From Camelus ferus (taxonomy: Eukaryota), in contig NC_045696.1 of NCBI RefSeq assembly GCF_009834535.1, positions 85,562,001 through 85,626,000 on the forward strand: a DNA stretch of 64,000 nt. Direction: 5' to 3'. Position 1 is the stretch's first letter, and each line of letters starts with the position of its first letter. The translations under genes and the position numbers were made by a program. Below, piece by piece: positions 1-13,374 of the stretch. The notes under the pieces are model-generated. The model was not told where the DNA came from. It made no database searches and saw nothing but the letters and a program-made list of their open reading frames with translations.

Positions 1-769
1 AATTCCATTTTTCCTATTGCCAATCCATCATCTACCTAGTAACTTCTTTCCTTAACACCTGTTATGTTTTTCAAGCCCCATATCATATTCTCATCAGCAT
101 GGACATCACACAGAACCTCTCCAACTTCAAAATATTAAATTAGGTGCTTTTTCTTCATTATTATAAACCTTTATCTTTTCTTTCTTTAGGGTTCACTAAA
201 TTCCGTCTTTATATTTTCAGTAGCAACTCCTATCACTTAACCCTGTCAATTTACTCAGTTCTTTAATCTCTACTTACAATTAGCTCCAGAACACATCACA
301 ACATTTATACATTGCATCCACCCTAATCCCAGGTTTTCCCTGAGTTTATTGTTCTTTCTCTGGTTTCAGGCCATGAATTACTGTTGAATAAGATTTAAAT
401 ATATGAAGCCAAATCCCCCTAAAAAAAGCATGGTATTCATCTCTTACTGGGAACTCATTATTCCAAAACATTATTTATATCACACATTTTTTTTCACTCC
501 TTAGCATACTCACAAGAAAATAATGCCAAAATTTACACAGCCACGCAGCCTTTAAAATGTCCAATTCACACGTTTAATAACAACTCCCAAGAATAAACTT
601 CTTCAGGTAACATCCTCTCAAACTCAGAAAACTACTTTTACTGTATTGATCTTTTATCATTTGGTCTCAGAGAAAGAGGTATGTTTCTTCCCAATATTTA
701 TAATTAAAGTGTTTGCTTTACCATACACTTAGCCCCTGCCTCGCCAATGTCTATTCCTCAAAACTGCAT

Positions 770-1215
770 GTTTACCTGAGTGTTCCACTACAAATTCTAT
801 TAAGACAAAAATCTAACTCATCATCTTACTCTCCTCTCTTTTCATATGCTTAACATAGTCAACCAGTCTCAGCTTTCAGATTTTTCACTTGCCTTCACAT
901 CATTGTCAAGTTCTTTAAAATCTACTTACACAGTGTGTATATATACATGTAATTATACTGTCCTCTACCTCTTTTCATTTCTGCTGCCACTAGAACTCTA
1001 AAGGCAGGACTCATGAGCTATTTTGACTTCAATGTTGCAAAAACCTCTTAACTAGTTTGATTCTGCTCTTATTTCTCTTCCATATATTATTGCCAAATTA
1101 ATCTTCTGAAAACAATGCACTATTACACTATTTGCTTCCTTGACAGGACATCATTTGCCAAATAGTCTCAATTCGTTAGTCTGATATTAAGACTCTCCTG
1201 AATTTGTTGGCTGTA
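770..1215 (+). mobile_element. L2 LINE fragment (ancient, highly diverged)
   Basis: Follows recalled L2 consensus: 'ctgctgccactagaactcta...ttgcaaaaacctcttaactagttt...ttgccaaattaatcttctgaaaac' resembles 'cactgccaccaccctagtc...tgcaatagcctcctaactggtct...ctgccagagtgatctttctaaaac'. Boundaries approximate. Confidence 0.55.
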
Positions 1216-1799
1216 TTTTTAGAATTATACACCATTTCTCAAAATGAGTTTTATATTCCACTCACACAGGAATGATCACTCAGTACACAGTCTCATAGTG
1301 GACACTGTGCTTTTACAGCTGTCCAGCACATTTAAAATAAGCTTTATATGTTGAAAGGAATTTCCTAATTTATGATTCCAGTCTCCATTGCTGTCAAGGA
1401 ACACGTATGATTCCTTAATCAGACAGTGACTTGACATAAAGAAGAGAAGGATAAGAAAAGAAAGGTACTGCGTGAAACAAATTCAGATCAGTGGGCTGAT
1501 GAGACAGCATTCAAAGGCAAAAATAGAAGCTTTTCTCCATAAAAGTCTCAATTTAGTGTTCTGTACTATTTTTAAAATTATAACCTCTTCTTAATCTCTT
1601 CAATTTGGTTTATTTACTCAAAGTATATGAACATGTACTTAAAATCTCAAATTACTTTTCTATTGACTAATGACATGTACTCTTTTAGGTTTTAGTTCTT
1701 GTAAATCTTACTGCCATATGTAACCAACTCTTCATTCATGAAAAAGATCTTTTTACCTAAAACAGTTCGTTGACCTGGCCAGTCATTAACTTTCTGATC

Positions 1800-2120
1800 C
1801 TTTACAATCTCTCCTCACTAACCTCCCAAATGTGGGTATCTCCTGAAGCTCAAAGAAAAATTACTGTTCTTGCTCTACATTTCTTTGCATGTTGATTTAA
1901 TCTGCATTAGTGACTATATACTGATAATGCTAAAAATATACTTTTCTCTGATTTCTCCTCTTAGTTTCTGTCATATTTCTCCATATCTTTCAAAATATTG
2001 GTATTTGATATCTCACTATATTTCTAAATTTCTAATGTCTAGAACTTAAATGAAAGAAGGCTTCCATTCCAAGTTCCTGGTTTCTATCAATACCACTATT
2101 GTTCTTCCTATAGCACTACC
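1800..2120 (+). mobile_element. L2 LINE fragment spanning the decayed RT YADD region
   Basis: 'aaatgtgggtatctcctgaagctc' resembles GVPQGS; 'tatatactgataatgctaaaatata' resembles L2 'tatatgctgatgactcccaaatcta' (YADD). Not coding now. Confidence 0.5.
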
Positions 2121-4287
2121 TTGGAATAACTCTCCTTTAGGACTTTCAGTATAAGGCAGAGTCATAACCAAACTGAAATATGAATTCCATTAAATAGTCG
2201 CATTAGTCTTCTCCCAGGAACTGAACAGCAAGTTAATAGGTTACTAAAAATTCTCTTCTCAATCAGAATTGCAGGAAGCTGAGGACAGAGTGGTAAGAAC
2301 ACCTTAACATCAAAAAGAGGGAGTGTAATAATCATATTCAGTGCAAAGAGGGAAAATTTTCCTTGTAAATTCAACACAATCTTTGTATTTAATTAAAAAA
2401 AATCTTTTAATGTTATGAAACACACTTAAAACAAGATTGCAAACAATAAGACAAATGCCACTTTATCAGTTTTTTTTAATGTATCTTAAGCACATAGGCC
2501 TTGTACTCCAAGTTCCCTAATCCTCACAATGTAAAATTTATGATTTGTTTTCAAATTACATTCAGTAAGAGCATATAGATAAAATCCAATGATAGCTTTG
2601 TTCATTTTAGGCTTATAATAATTTTCATGATATTCTTTAATTTGGAGGTTCTACTTTGTGTAGCATAAACTGTATTGTATAAAAGTATCTATTCACAGGT
2701 TCTGTTCTGACATTCAAAATTCAGTATAAGGGTAGGCAGAGGAGACAAAAATGAAGGAAGATAAAGAAGTGCCCTCTGAGTTTTTGGAAAAAGGCATGAG
2801 GCCTTTTGGGAGATATCTGGGGGTATATCTGAAATTTAATGAGGAAGGGAGATTTGAACAATAGTTACAAGAGAGTAGAGAGCCTAAGAAAAGGATGAGT
2901 TTAGAAAGAAGACACATGCATATTTAGAAATAAAAGAATAAAGATAAATTACCACTGCTACCAATGTACTTCTACTAATGCTACTGGTATGCTAATGGTG
3001 CTGCTGCCACTGCTACCAACTGTAGCAGCAAAATTCAAAGTATGTGGCACAGAATACATTTTGGAATTTATATGAGGATATTTTCTGTAGAAGAGAGAAG
3101 AGAGCTAGGACTCAAAATCATAAAGAGAAGTATAAGTCACTTTCACAATCACCTACTTACTAAGGCAGGGTAGAGGGTTATTTATCACAAAAAGATGTCT
3201 GTCAAAATGATCAGTGCAAACAGATTGTAGCATGTGAGTTACATTTCTGATTCCAGTAATATAAATTTGGAGTATTCCAAATATATAGCGATGTACTGCA
3301 ATATGCATATAATATTGATAATACGAAACTTGCCTCTCTCATTACCTAGACCATTTAGGGTAGCAAAACCTGAACAAAACAAAAAAATGATAAATAAATT
3401 ATAAATACTATCTTATTTTTTTGTAGTCTGATTATGTAAATATCCACCCAACAACAAAAGCATAAGTAATTTATTTATCAGTTTAAATGGTGACATGTGG
3501 CCATTCCTCTTCTTTTGGAAGTGTGTCAGGGCAGTCTCAAGGATGTTGGGATCAATCTTGAGTTTTAATATTGGAAATAGACAGCAAATAATTTAAAAAA
3601 TTTTAAATGATAATTATAAAATTAACAATTCAAATTTTGACGCTATTTAGGCTAAGACTTTGTTTTCTTGATGGAAGACATCTGTGTAGAATGTAAAATA
3701 CATATATAAATGAAATAAGCAGTTTTAGTAGTGACAACATAGTTTAACTTTTAATTGAACATAAATATTATGAATTACATTTAAATTAACTAAGCCAAAT
3801 TTTTCATTTCCACCCTGCCAAATCCTCTCTCCTGTAAGTTTTATGATTGACACACAGCTTCTGCCAAGCCTCAGTGAGTTTATAGCCTCAGGTCCTTTTT
3901 GTAAGCTGCCTTATCGCTTACTTTATATTGTGTATCCTTTGGTGTTTCTGAGGTTATTTTTTCAAGTACAGAGTTTTCCTTTAAAAGACACATGGCAGAA
4001 TACCAGAAAAGTAACTGTAGTGGCTTTTGGATGACTGACATAGTGTTGAGGGTTCTAAAGTTTCCAAATTTTCTATTATGGGCTTGTCTGGTTTTTATAA
4101 TTTAAAAAAATCATTAAAACATGTCAATCTTCTTTAAAATCAACAGATTTCTTTATTTATTGAACAGATCAAGGACTGAGTCCTGATCTTATTTCATGAA
4201 TTAGTACAAAGAAATAATTACAACATTCTCACCCATAATGGCATTTAAAGATGAATCTTTTCTGACTGTTTTTAGTCCCTCCCTGTC

Positions 4288-4298
4288 GAAGAAAGAAA

Positions 4299-4369
<71 letters not shown>

Positions 4370-4411
4370 GGAATGAGGGAAAGAAAGAAAGAAAGGGAGA
4401 GAAAAAAAAAA
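4288..4411. repeat. (GAAA)n microsatellite within a ~124-bp purine tract
   Basis: Perfect (GAAA)17 at 4301-4368; the tract 4288-4411 is all purine except one T (4374). Confidence 0.97.
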
Positions 4412-4522
4412 CCAAAAAACAACTTGGATTTTGCAGATTAACTTCCAAAATGAAGTAACAGACATGAGGACAAAATGGATGAGACTGCTTGGGATCCTCA
4501 ATGACCAAGATTCATATTCTTT

Positions 4523-4546
4523 CTCTCTCTCTCTCTCTCTCTCTCT
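4523..4546. repeat. (CT)12 microsatellite
   Basis: Read directly from the sequence. Confidence 0.95.
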
Positions 4547-4957
4547 ATTTCACTTAAAGGGCACCCAGGAATAATTCTGCTGTATTTCAAAGCAAAACTG
4601 CACTATAAGATTTCAGGGGGATCCTATACTTGTACATTGTGACAGACATTTGTTGTGCAAGTTATCGTAACTGGAATGGAATGCTGTTAGCTAAGAAAAC
4701 ATGTTGACATCATAGTTCAGAATTATGGAGCACCTACCTGTCTCTAAAATCTACTAACTGATTGGAGTCTTAATGTGGATATAGAAGCAATCTATCAGGC
4801 TCTGCCTCCTCCCTCCATAGCTCTGGAATCCTGAAAATCCTGGTTACTTGCTCAGCCTGACTCTGACACCAAGGACATTTCTGATCTTAGCCAGGAAGAA
4901 TTTAAGATGTTTAGTTCAAACAAATGAAAATCACTATGATGAAATCATCCTTGCTGT

Positions 4958-5310
4958 TAGTCATTCATTCTTTTATTAAACAATTTATAGAGACTGTGCC
5001 TGAGACTGCTAGGAGCTGGAGGTACAGACATGACTGACACAGAAGAACAACATGCACTGATAGACAGGGCCAGTGTAAAAAGAGAACTCTGGCTGAAATA
5101 TGAAGATTTCATTAGGCAAGACAAAAGAAGGAGGAAGACCAACTATGAGGCCATAGCAGTATTTCAAATGAGACTGGTGCCCTAGGAGATGGACATAAAG
5201 AAAAGATTGTGAGGAGCCCATCAGACAGGATCGGCTAGATTCAATGACTTTAAAAATAGGGATAAGGGTGAGTGAGTAATCAAGAATGACTTTGGGTTTC
5301 TCATCTAGAC
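4958..5310 (-). mobile_element. L2 LINE 3' end and upstream fragment
   Basis: 'tcattcattc...tgtgcctgagactgctaggagctggaggtacag' is the reverse complement of the L2 tail; 'aatcaagaatgactttgggtttct' is a typical antisense L2 segment. Confidence 0.65.
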
Positions 5311-5780
5311 CTTTCCTTAGTGTAAGTATTAGCTTTCAAACCTGGGTGCCTGATGCCCAAGTGCTTTTCTTGATAATTTGCCCCATATTTTGTTCCTTTA
5401 GGAGTCGGCTGAAAGATGTCCTGAGGAAGCCCACCAACCTGCTAACATAGACATTCACTTATTGCCTGTTCCTGGATTCCCCATCACCTGTCTATTAAAG
5501 CATTCTATTTCCATTTTTTTTGACATTGAGTTACTGCTTTGACTACTATACTTATATAGTAAATATAATTATGTAGCTTTCTCCTACTCCTTGTATTTTA
5601 TTTGTTTTATACTACTTCATTAAAAAATTAAGGGTAACTTTCAAATACCTACAGTTAAACTGCTGGACATTAGAATGAAGGGAAAATGACTGGCATATAG
5701 CATGCACTATTCTTTGCTTATTTAAAAAAAAAAAACCCAAGAAACCCTGTATAAGGATTTGGAAGATCAACAGTCTATAT

Positions 5781-5880
5781 TATTCAATCATTTTTTATTC
5801 AACAAATATTCACTGTATATCTATTGTGTACTAGCCCTGAACTAAAGGTACATTATGATAACTGAATATGATAGATCTTC
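5781..5880 (-). mobile_element. L2 3' terminal fragment
   Basis: 'ttattcaacaaatattcactgtatatctattgtgtactag' resembles antisense L2 tail 'cattcaacaaatatttattgagcacctactatgtgccag'. Confidence 0.55.
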
Positions 5881-8457
5881 AGCTGCCAAGCCTTAAGCTC
5901 CTCAAATTATTTAACTTTAAAATTTTATAACTGATTTTTCCTTGTATGCCTCTCTCTTTTTTTTCCTTTATCTCTCTTTTATTTATTTAAAATTTTTTTC
6001 TCACTAGTTAACAGTTCAATAAAATTCTATACATAAGACATAGTTTAGAAAGCTGGTCTAGTCATACTGCTTGGATATATACATTTTACAGATTAATTGA
6101 AGTGACTGTAGTGCTAAATTTTTGTGAGTATATTGAGGAGCCAAACCTAAAGCCCACTTTTATTATGAGATGGGCTTTAAGTACTGAGTACTGTCAGGCG
6201 ACATGGACTTAAGCCTAGAGTATACAGCTAAATATGTTCATTCATGGAGGAAGTTTAGCTGTAGGTTCAAGTTTATTCCATAGTATTCTACCTCACCATA
6301 AACCAAGATAACATACAACCACTGACAGCTCCAACAGATTCAAACACTATGTATATTTATGGTAACATTTGAATGTAACCATAACTAATGCTTTATTTCA
6401 ATAGGAATAAGACACATGTACTTAGTATGTATAGTTTGAAATCAAGGTATGGTATTCAAAATGACTTATATTAACATGGATATTTCTTGGGCTCTTAGAT
6501 TAAAATTACCTATATATGAATATGTGCATATCCTTTATGCATATCAGGAAACTAAAATTTAAATATTTTATTTTCATTTCTTGGTAGAAAAGCCAATTGT
6601 GATCTAAATTTTCTTCTAAATTATTTGTGACATTGTTTTCTCCATTAAAGAAATGAAAGTTCAAATACACTCTAAGAATAAATGACATCATTATTTGTCT
6701 TAATGGATAAACATTCATTTTAATGTCAGGAGTAAAGTATTAATGCCTCAGGAAAATATTTTCACATATTAAGCATATGAAATATTTTAGAATAGGTTTG
6801 CAAACCATTTAAAGGGTTTGAATAAAACATTCATTCAGTTTACCAAAAGGCAGTTTTTAAGAAGTTCAATCTGAATTTAAAAAATTACATTAGTACTGTT
6901 CAGACCCACAGTTAACTGAAATTATATGAAATTAATTTAAAACTTCAAGATTAAAAGTTTTGTTGTGAACTAATATTTGTAATAGAAAACTACATGTACA
7001 TATAAACATAAATTAATAATTATTCTTCACAAGAAATATAAAAGTTCTTATATGATACATAGAGGGCTTAGTAACAAATACTTCAGAAGGTAACCTTTAA
7101 TTTTGTCAGTTCTGAAGTATTTGTCAAAACATATTCTTAAGTATATTAAATTTAAGAAATCTTTTGGAAGATACTGTTTCAGATATTTCAGTATTTAAAA
7201 GTAGTTAAAATGTATTTGTAGATTCCCATTTTATTTATGTCTTTAATACCAATGCATATGATAATTTAGTAGCTATATGTTTAAAGCAATAGTGATATGA
7301 TCATAATAGCAAGCAAATAGAGTTTATATGTAGTTTCAGAAGTCAGATGTTTTTGAACCAATGCAAATTCATATTACAGACATATGTTATTTCCCAACTG
7401 AGAAGCAGTCTGCCACAAACTGCTGGAATTGCAGAGTACTGTGAATCTTAACTGCAATTTTGAGACAAGTTGTGTAACTTGTTCCTGGCTTATATACTTA
7501 AAAAAACCTCAATAAATAGTTCTGGTAGATTGACTAAACAAATAAGCAAGCCTCTCTAAGAGTCTATAACGTGTTTTGCAAGATACTCAGGCAGCCAATC
7601 ATTAAGTGAAATATAGTTGTTTCCAATTGTTATCATTTGTAATATTATTTCCATTACTACTGATTAGACATTATTGTGTCTATGGCTTCTAAATAATATT
7701 TGATATGATCAGCTATCATCAGGCCTGTCAGTTGGCTGAGCAATGCTGAAAATGGCTTACTCAAAATTTTTCCTTGTAATAGCCACACGATTGCAACAAT
7801 AGTACATTTTTAAAATAAAATAAAATAAAATAACAAAGATAGAATTTGAACTGTTCCATGAAGAAGTTCAAAATGACTTACTTATTTATATTCTAATAGA
7901 ATATCTTAGCACTGAAATTCTATTATTGTTTGTCTAGTATAAAACCAGCTTAAGAGTTTGTATTAACAGTATTTGTAAACAAGTTTAATATATTATTTTA
8001 ATATATTAGCATAAAATAACAAAAAATTAGGAAAAATAATCTGGGATAAATCTGTAAGAAAATAAACATTGCTGCTAAAAAAGTAAAAAAGAAAAAGAAA
8101 GCAAAGGCTATAGTTTCTAGTAGCTTTAACTATATAAGACATACATAATTTTTTCCCCAGAGTGACTTTCTAAAATTAAATGTAATTATAATTTTCACTT
8201 ATAAAAGGGTAACAACACTGGAATGAAAAAATACATATAAAATGCAAATATATGTATATATATAAAGTATAGAATACGGCATCAGGTCTATTAAAAATAT
8301 TGATAATGGAAACATTAATCTAATTGTAACATATTGTTAAGTAAAACAATAAATGTCATGTGCCCAAGAAATGCTATGAAACAATGATAACTAGTCTTGA
8401 AATAAAAAATTATGATAAAAATCATTTAATTTTTTTCTGTAATATTATAATATAGAT

Positions 8458-8677
8458 CAAGGATTGGCAAACCACTGCCCACAAGCCAGATCTGGTCCAC
8501 CATCTGTTTTATAAATAAAGTCTTATTGAAACAAAGCCATATTCATTCCTTTACACGGGGTCTGTGGCTGCTTATGTGCTATGATGTGCTTAAATAGTTA
8601 TGATGGAGACCATATGGCCTACAAAACTTAAAATATTTACTACCTGGCATTTTATAGAAAAAGTTTGCTGACTCCTC
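8458..8677 (+). mobile_element. MER58A (hAT-Charlie MITE), full length, with 8-bp TSD
   Basis: Colinear with recalled MER58A consensus; TIRs caaggattggcaaac / gtttgctgactcctc; exact 8-bp TSD atatagat at 8450-8457 and 8678-8685, the size typical of hAT elements. Confidence 0.92.
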
Positions 8678-9859
8678 ATATAGATCATTGTTATAGATAG
8701 TCTATTGTTACTAACAAGGTATTTTTAAATGGTATTTCACATGATTCTTCATTTCAGATGAATATTTGAAAAAAATCATATTACTCTAGGAATCTTCAAA
8801 GATTCAAATTCCTAACAATGAAGATAAAAGTTCTATTTCAAAATGTTCTCTGACATTTTAAAAATTCTAAATTTAAATAGCTTTTTAAAGTACCATTTTA
8901 ACGAAGTATTTGATTTAATTAGTTTTATATATCTCAGAATTACCACAAGGGAATTCAAACTCTATAACTGTTCTTTGTGAAATGAACTTAGCATATTCAT
9001 GGACCTATGCAAAAAAATGAAATAGTCTATATATCACTGTTTAGTTTATCATTCTGCTTACTGACAAATTTTTTAATTTAAAAATTATTTACAACAAAGT
9101 ATTTTTCTCATATACATATAATTATCTGTATCTTTATATTTATTTACACACACGTGCACTGGTTTGCACCTTTGTTGGCAAACCAAAGAAATGATATGAT
9201 TAGAATAAGTGTATGATTTTATAAATCAGTCCCAATAAGTCTCAAATTTTTTTCTGATTTTCTAAATGAGCAATTCTTAGTTCCTAGCAAGCCATAAGCT
9301 GTTTTCATTTCAAGGATGTCACTTTCTGTTCTGCTACAGAGATATCTTTGTAAAGAGTATACTTTCTGATGATATGGAGATTAAAACATGTGTGAGAGTC
9401 ACTCAAGTAGTTATTATTTAATTTAAATCTAACTTCTGCATAATTACATCATAATACAGCTTCCATTGGGCTGCTTAATATTTTTGATATCATGTAATCT
9501 CAAGGTAATCGCTAACCTAAGAGCAACCTCTGCTGGCAAACAGAGGCTGAGCTACAAGCATTTTTATGGTAGCTTTATAATGTCATTTGACCATATCAAA
9601 TTAAAAAGTATATTCTGAGGAAGGTTTTGACTTTTAACATTTAAGTATTTTGGGGGGAAGCTTTTTAACAGCAACATCTAACATATACATTTAACATTAT
9701 ATACAGCAGTGTGACAAATTGTGCATTTTTAATATAAAATGAAGGTAACTATGGTTTATTTGTTTTAGAACTAAACAATTCAGAAGATTTTTGTTAAAAG
9801 TCTGATTCTTTGTGGCCTGAGGGTCATTCAGGAAGGATAGTTAAATTATAAGAGTAGCT

Positions 9860-10266
9860 TTTTAAAATATTTCTCAATTTCCCAACTACATACCTATATA
9901 TGACCAGATTATCTTCACATACTTCTATAAAAACAACATATCACAACAGACTGCATGCAGAAAAAGATACAATAATCCAGCGCTGTTTTATTAAAGCAAA
10001 TAGTAGAGACATACAAAAATTTAACAGTGTAACACAACACAGCCACACTTTAATATTTCTGCCTGGAAAATGCAGTTATTTTTCTTAAAAAAATCATTTA
10101 TTGTAGCTTATAATGGGTATACTGTTATAATTTTAGTTAATAGAGAAATATTTTAAAATTATGTGGCAAATACTGATAGCTATTACCAATACAAATATTC
10201 ATTAGGTTACACAGTAACTTTTAAGTTTGTAAAAGGGCCCTGAAACCCAAAATATGAGAACTATAG
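9860..10266 (+). mobile_element. Charlie1-family hAT DNA transposon 3' end with decayed transposase C-terminus
   Basis: ORF 9900-10088 (..SSHTSIKTTYHNRLHAEKDTIIQ..) resembles the hAT dimerisation-domain tail [35 protein letters not shown]; ends in the Charlie1-type terminus 'gtaaaagggccctgaaacccaaaatatgagaac'. Confidence 0.85.
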
Positions 10267-10267
10267 G

Positions 10268-10450
10268 CCTAATACGTGCTAGATACTAGCCTAAGGATTT
10301 TGCAGGTACTGTTCCATTAATCCTCAAAACAATCCTGTGAGTGAGTAAATATTATTTTCATTATTTGTAGATGAAATGGAGGTATAGAAATCTGCCAGAG
10401 GTCACATAGCTAAAATGGAATAAAGCCAATAATTGAACAACAGGTCCTAT
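10268..10450 (-). mobile_element. MIR SINE
   Basis: 'cattaatcctcaaaacaatcctgtgagt...tttgtagatgaaatggagg...gccagaggtcacatagcta' is the antisense MIR core. Confidence 0.8.
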
Positions 10451-13374
10451 GCTGTTTACATTATACTAACTCCATGATTTTGATAATGAAGTTTCTTGTA
10501 AAGGGCTTACCTGATGGTTTAAATCCTCCATTGAATAGCACTGTATCACAAATAGAATAAGCAACAAAACAAAAATGCCTGAGTCTGACTCCCGATTCTA
10601 CCACAAATTCCTTTGAGATTCAGTAGGTTAAAAAAATGAGCAAATTAATAACGCTCATGGTTCTTGTAACAAGAAAATTAAATAAAACGTATAAAATTTT
10701 CATACAAATGTAAAGCATGCTAAAGTTATTACTGCCTTTGCTTTATGTCCCAACTGAAGGCACTCCTCTCCACAAAGACTTCTTAACTATCACATACCTC
10801 CATGTCTGTGGCCTTCCTAAAGAATTATTACACTTTTTAATGCACTAATTTAATAACTCACTCTCCTTTACTGTGTCTCCTACATCCCTCCTTAAGTTAT
10901 AGGATCTACTTCACAAGGAATCTCATATATAAATGCATCCTCAGCTTCTTACCTAAGTCCCTATTGCCAGTAAGCATCCAGTAAATATTTTCTTAAGAAA
11001 TCAATGATTACACTTATCAATCAGGTTTAAGATTAGTGCACTCCAAACCTTATGGGACTGACCTAGCTTTTATTTAAGGATGAGAGCCAGTAATGATATT
11101 CTTATTTAGTTAAAAATCACAGGTAGGACAAATTTTAGAAGGGTGTTCATCTACCCAGGAACATTAAGGAGACAAAAATGAAACCACAGTTGTTGTTTTT
11201 TAATTTTAAACTGTTTATGAGCCACACCTATAATGATGTACTATGAAGATCTATATATCTATATATTTTCCTGTTTTCATTCAAAGGCTCTTGTATGCAG
11301 AGGTTGTAAATATTTTGTGTATTGCCTTTGAGCTGTACGAACCTTGATGAGTTGGTCTCTAATGCTCCCAAAGACATCACAAAAGTTGTACTGGATCTCT
11401 GGATACCAAAGAGATGACACTTAAGGGGTGAAGAACATACACTGAATGAACTGGTTTCTTCACAAACTCTATACCTCCAATGTCAGTTTCTAGTAAATTC
11501 AAGTGCTCCCTCTTCTCCACTCAGGTGGAGATTCTTCCATTCAAACAGCCAATTTTTCCTTCCTTTTTGATAGAATGCTGTGCCGTGTCTGCCACTATCA
11601 CCACCCTCCTTTCCTGCTAGAGTGTTTATACAATTTATTTTTAAAAACTGTTCAAATTGAGATAAACACACAAGTTTTTTCTCTTGGGTCCATGTCCTTT
11701 TCCTTCTTTCCTTATAGCACAGCAGAGCCCAGATTTAACGCCCATGATTACCTGATTATTCCTGTAGGTTCGCTGTGAGACTTGCTTATTCCTTGAGCTT
11801 CCTATAAACACTTAATGTTTGGGTCTACATTCAAGAACACCACATCTTTGTTACATTGTAAAATGTTTGAGTATATATTTTTAAAAATAAATTTCGGTAA
11901 GTCTTATTATTGACTATTTCCTAATTATGTTCTAAAAAAGTCAAAAATATCCAATTAATTCGAAATAATCACTTTGTTTTAGCCACACATTCCTTTGTAA
12001 ATCTTAACTGCTTCTAAATAACATCAGACTTATTTCACTGGAACATTTAGCTGTTCATCTTCAGTTCACTGATGCATCAGGGTGTCGTTTTTGATAAAAT
12101 ATCAGTTCACTTACTGTATCAAAATAAAATTATTGCGCACTAATTTAATGACATAGCTCTTCCCTTTGATGAGCTAAAAAAAATCTCATTAACAGTTTCA
12201 CAAATTACCACAATAACTTATGCTGACATGATCATTTATTCTCATTTATGAATATATCTGGTTGACAAGCCTAATGAAATATTACAGGGAATTCCCAGCC
12301 TATGATATGGATCAGGCATCATTAGAGAATCTCAAAATAAGGATAATTGAAGCATGAACACTTCATTATAAAGGTGTAATATCAGGTTCCATCAAATTTT
12401 ACACTAAAACTGTACTTATTAGCTGACACTTGTCCATGGTACAATGTGGAGATGTTCTTACTTCCCACTCAACAAGAACCACAGTGATCTCGACCATCTG
12501 CCTGATGCTTCGTGAAAGAAAACAATTCTGTAATGTTGAAGTTTCCCTTGCCTTTAGAATATTATTTTGTGATGTTTTTGCTTGTTAATTATGATAGGCC
12601 AGTCTCAATGATTATTTTCTATAAAAATTTTTAATGAACAAAATTATTTTGAAGTTATCCAAATACAGTTTATAAAAAAATAGTAGAAATTATTTAAAAT
12701 TTCTATGAAAAGACTAGGAACAAAAAGTTATACTTCAATCTTTGAGGTTTTAAAAATTGTTTTAATTGTTTAAGGAAACAAAAGTGAACTTTTAGACATA
12801 ATTTAGAATATGTATTTTTATTTAATTAAATATTTGTGTAAATGGCATTAATTAAATGTTATACAAAGACTGATAAAACAGGAATAGTTCCTATCCTTTA
12901 AGAGATTATAGTCTAATACATTTTGAATATATCCATAGAAAGATTTATATTTACAAATAACCAAATTTGCTTCCACATCCTTAATGTATCTCTTCTTCTG
13001 ACATCAAAATATGTTTTATTCTCTCCTTTACAAATTGTTTTAGAATCATGAAAGACAGTGTGCATGATCATCTATGGTAACATTATTTTGTATAGCTTCA
13101 GACATGCTTTTTGTTTTTATGGTGTAAAAAGCACATTGCAATGTGGACAGTATCCTATACTATACTATACTACATATTCATAACGGTGCTTTGGCAGTAT
13201 TGGGTTGAAATGTTCAAAGATTATGCATCTAAATTTACTCATCAATTTCCTTTTTATTCACTGCCCTTCATTACATAATTAAAATATTAAATTAATATCA
13301 ATTACAATTACTGTTCATTAAGAAGAAACATTAACTGAAGAACCTCTATTAAGAGCATATCTCATACAGTTCTT

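Noticed and set aside
4201..4508. Four overlapping ORFs (FFLS / KKER repeats)
   Set aside because: They are translations of the (GAAA)n microsatellite.
11483..11778. Overlapping 62-aa and 91-aa ORFs in unique sequence
   Set aside because: No recognisable protein similarity and no convincing splice-site pair.
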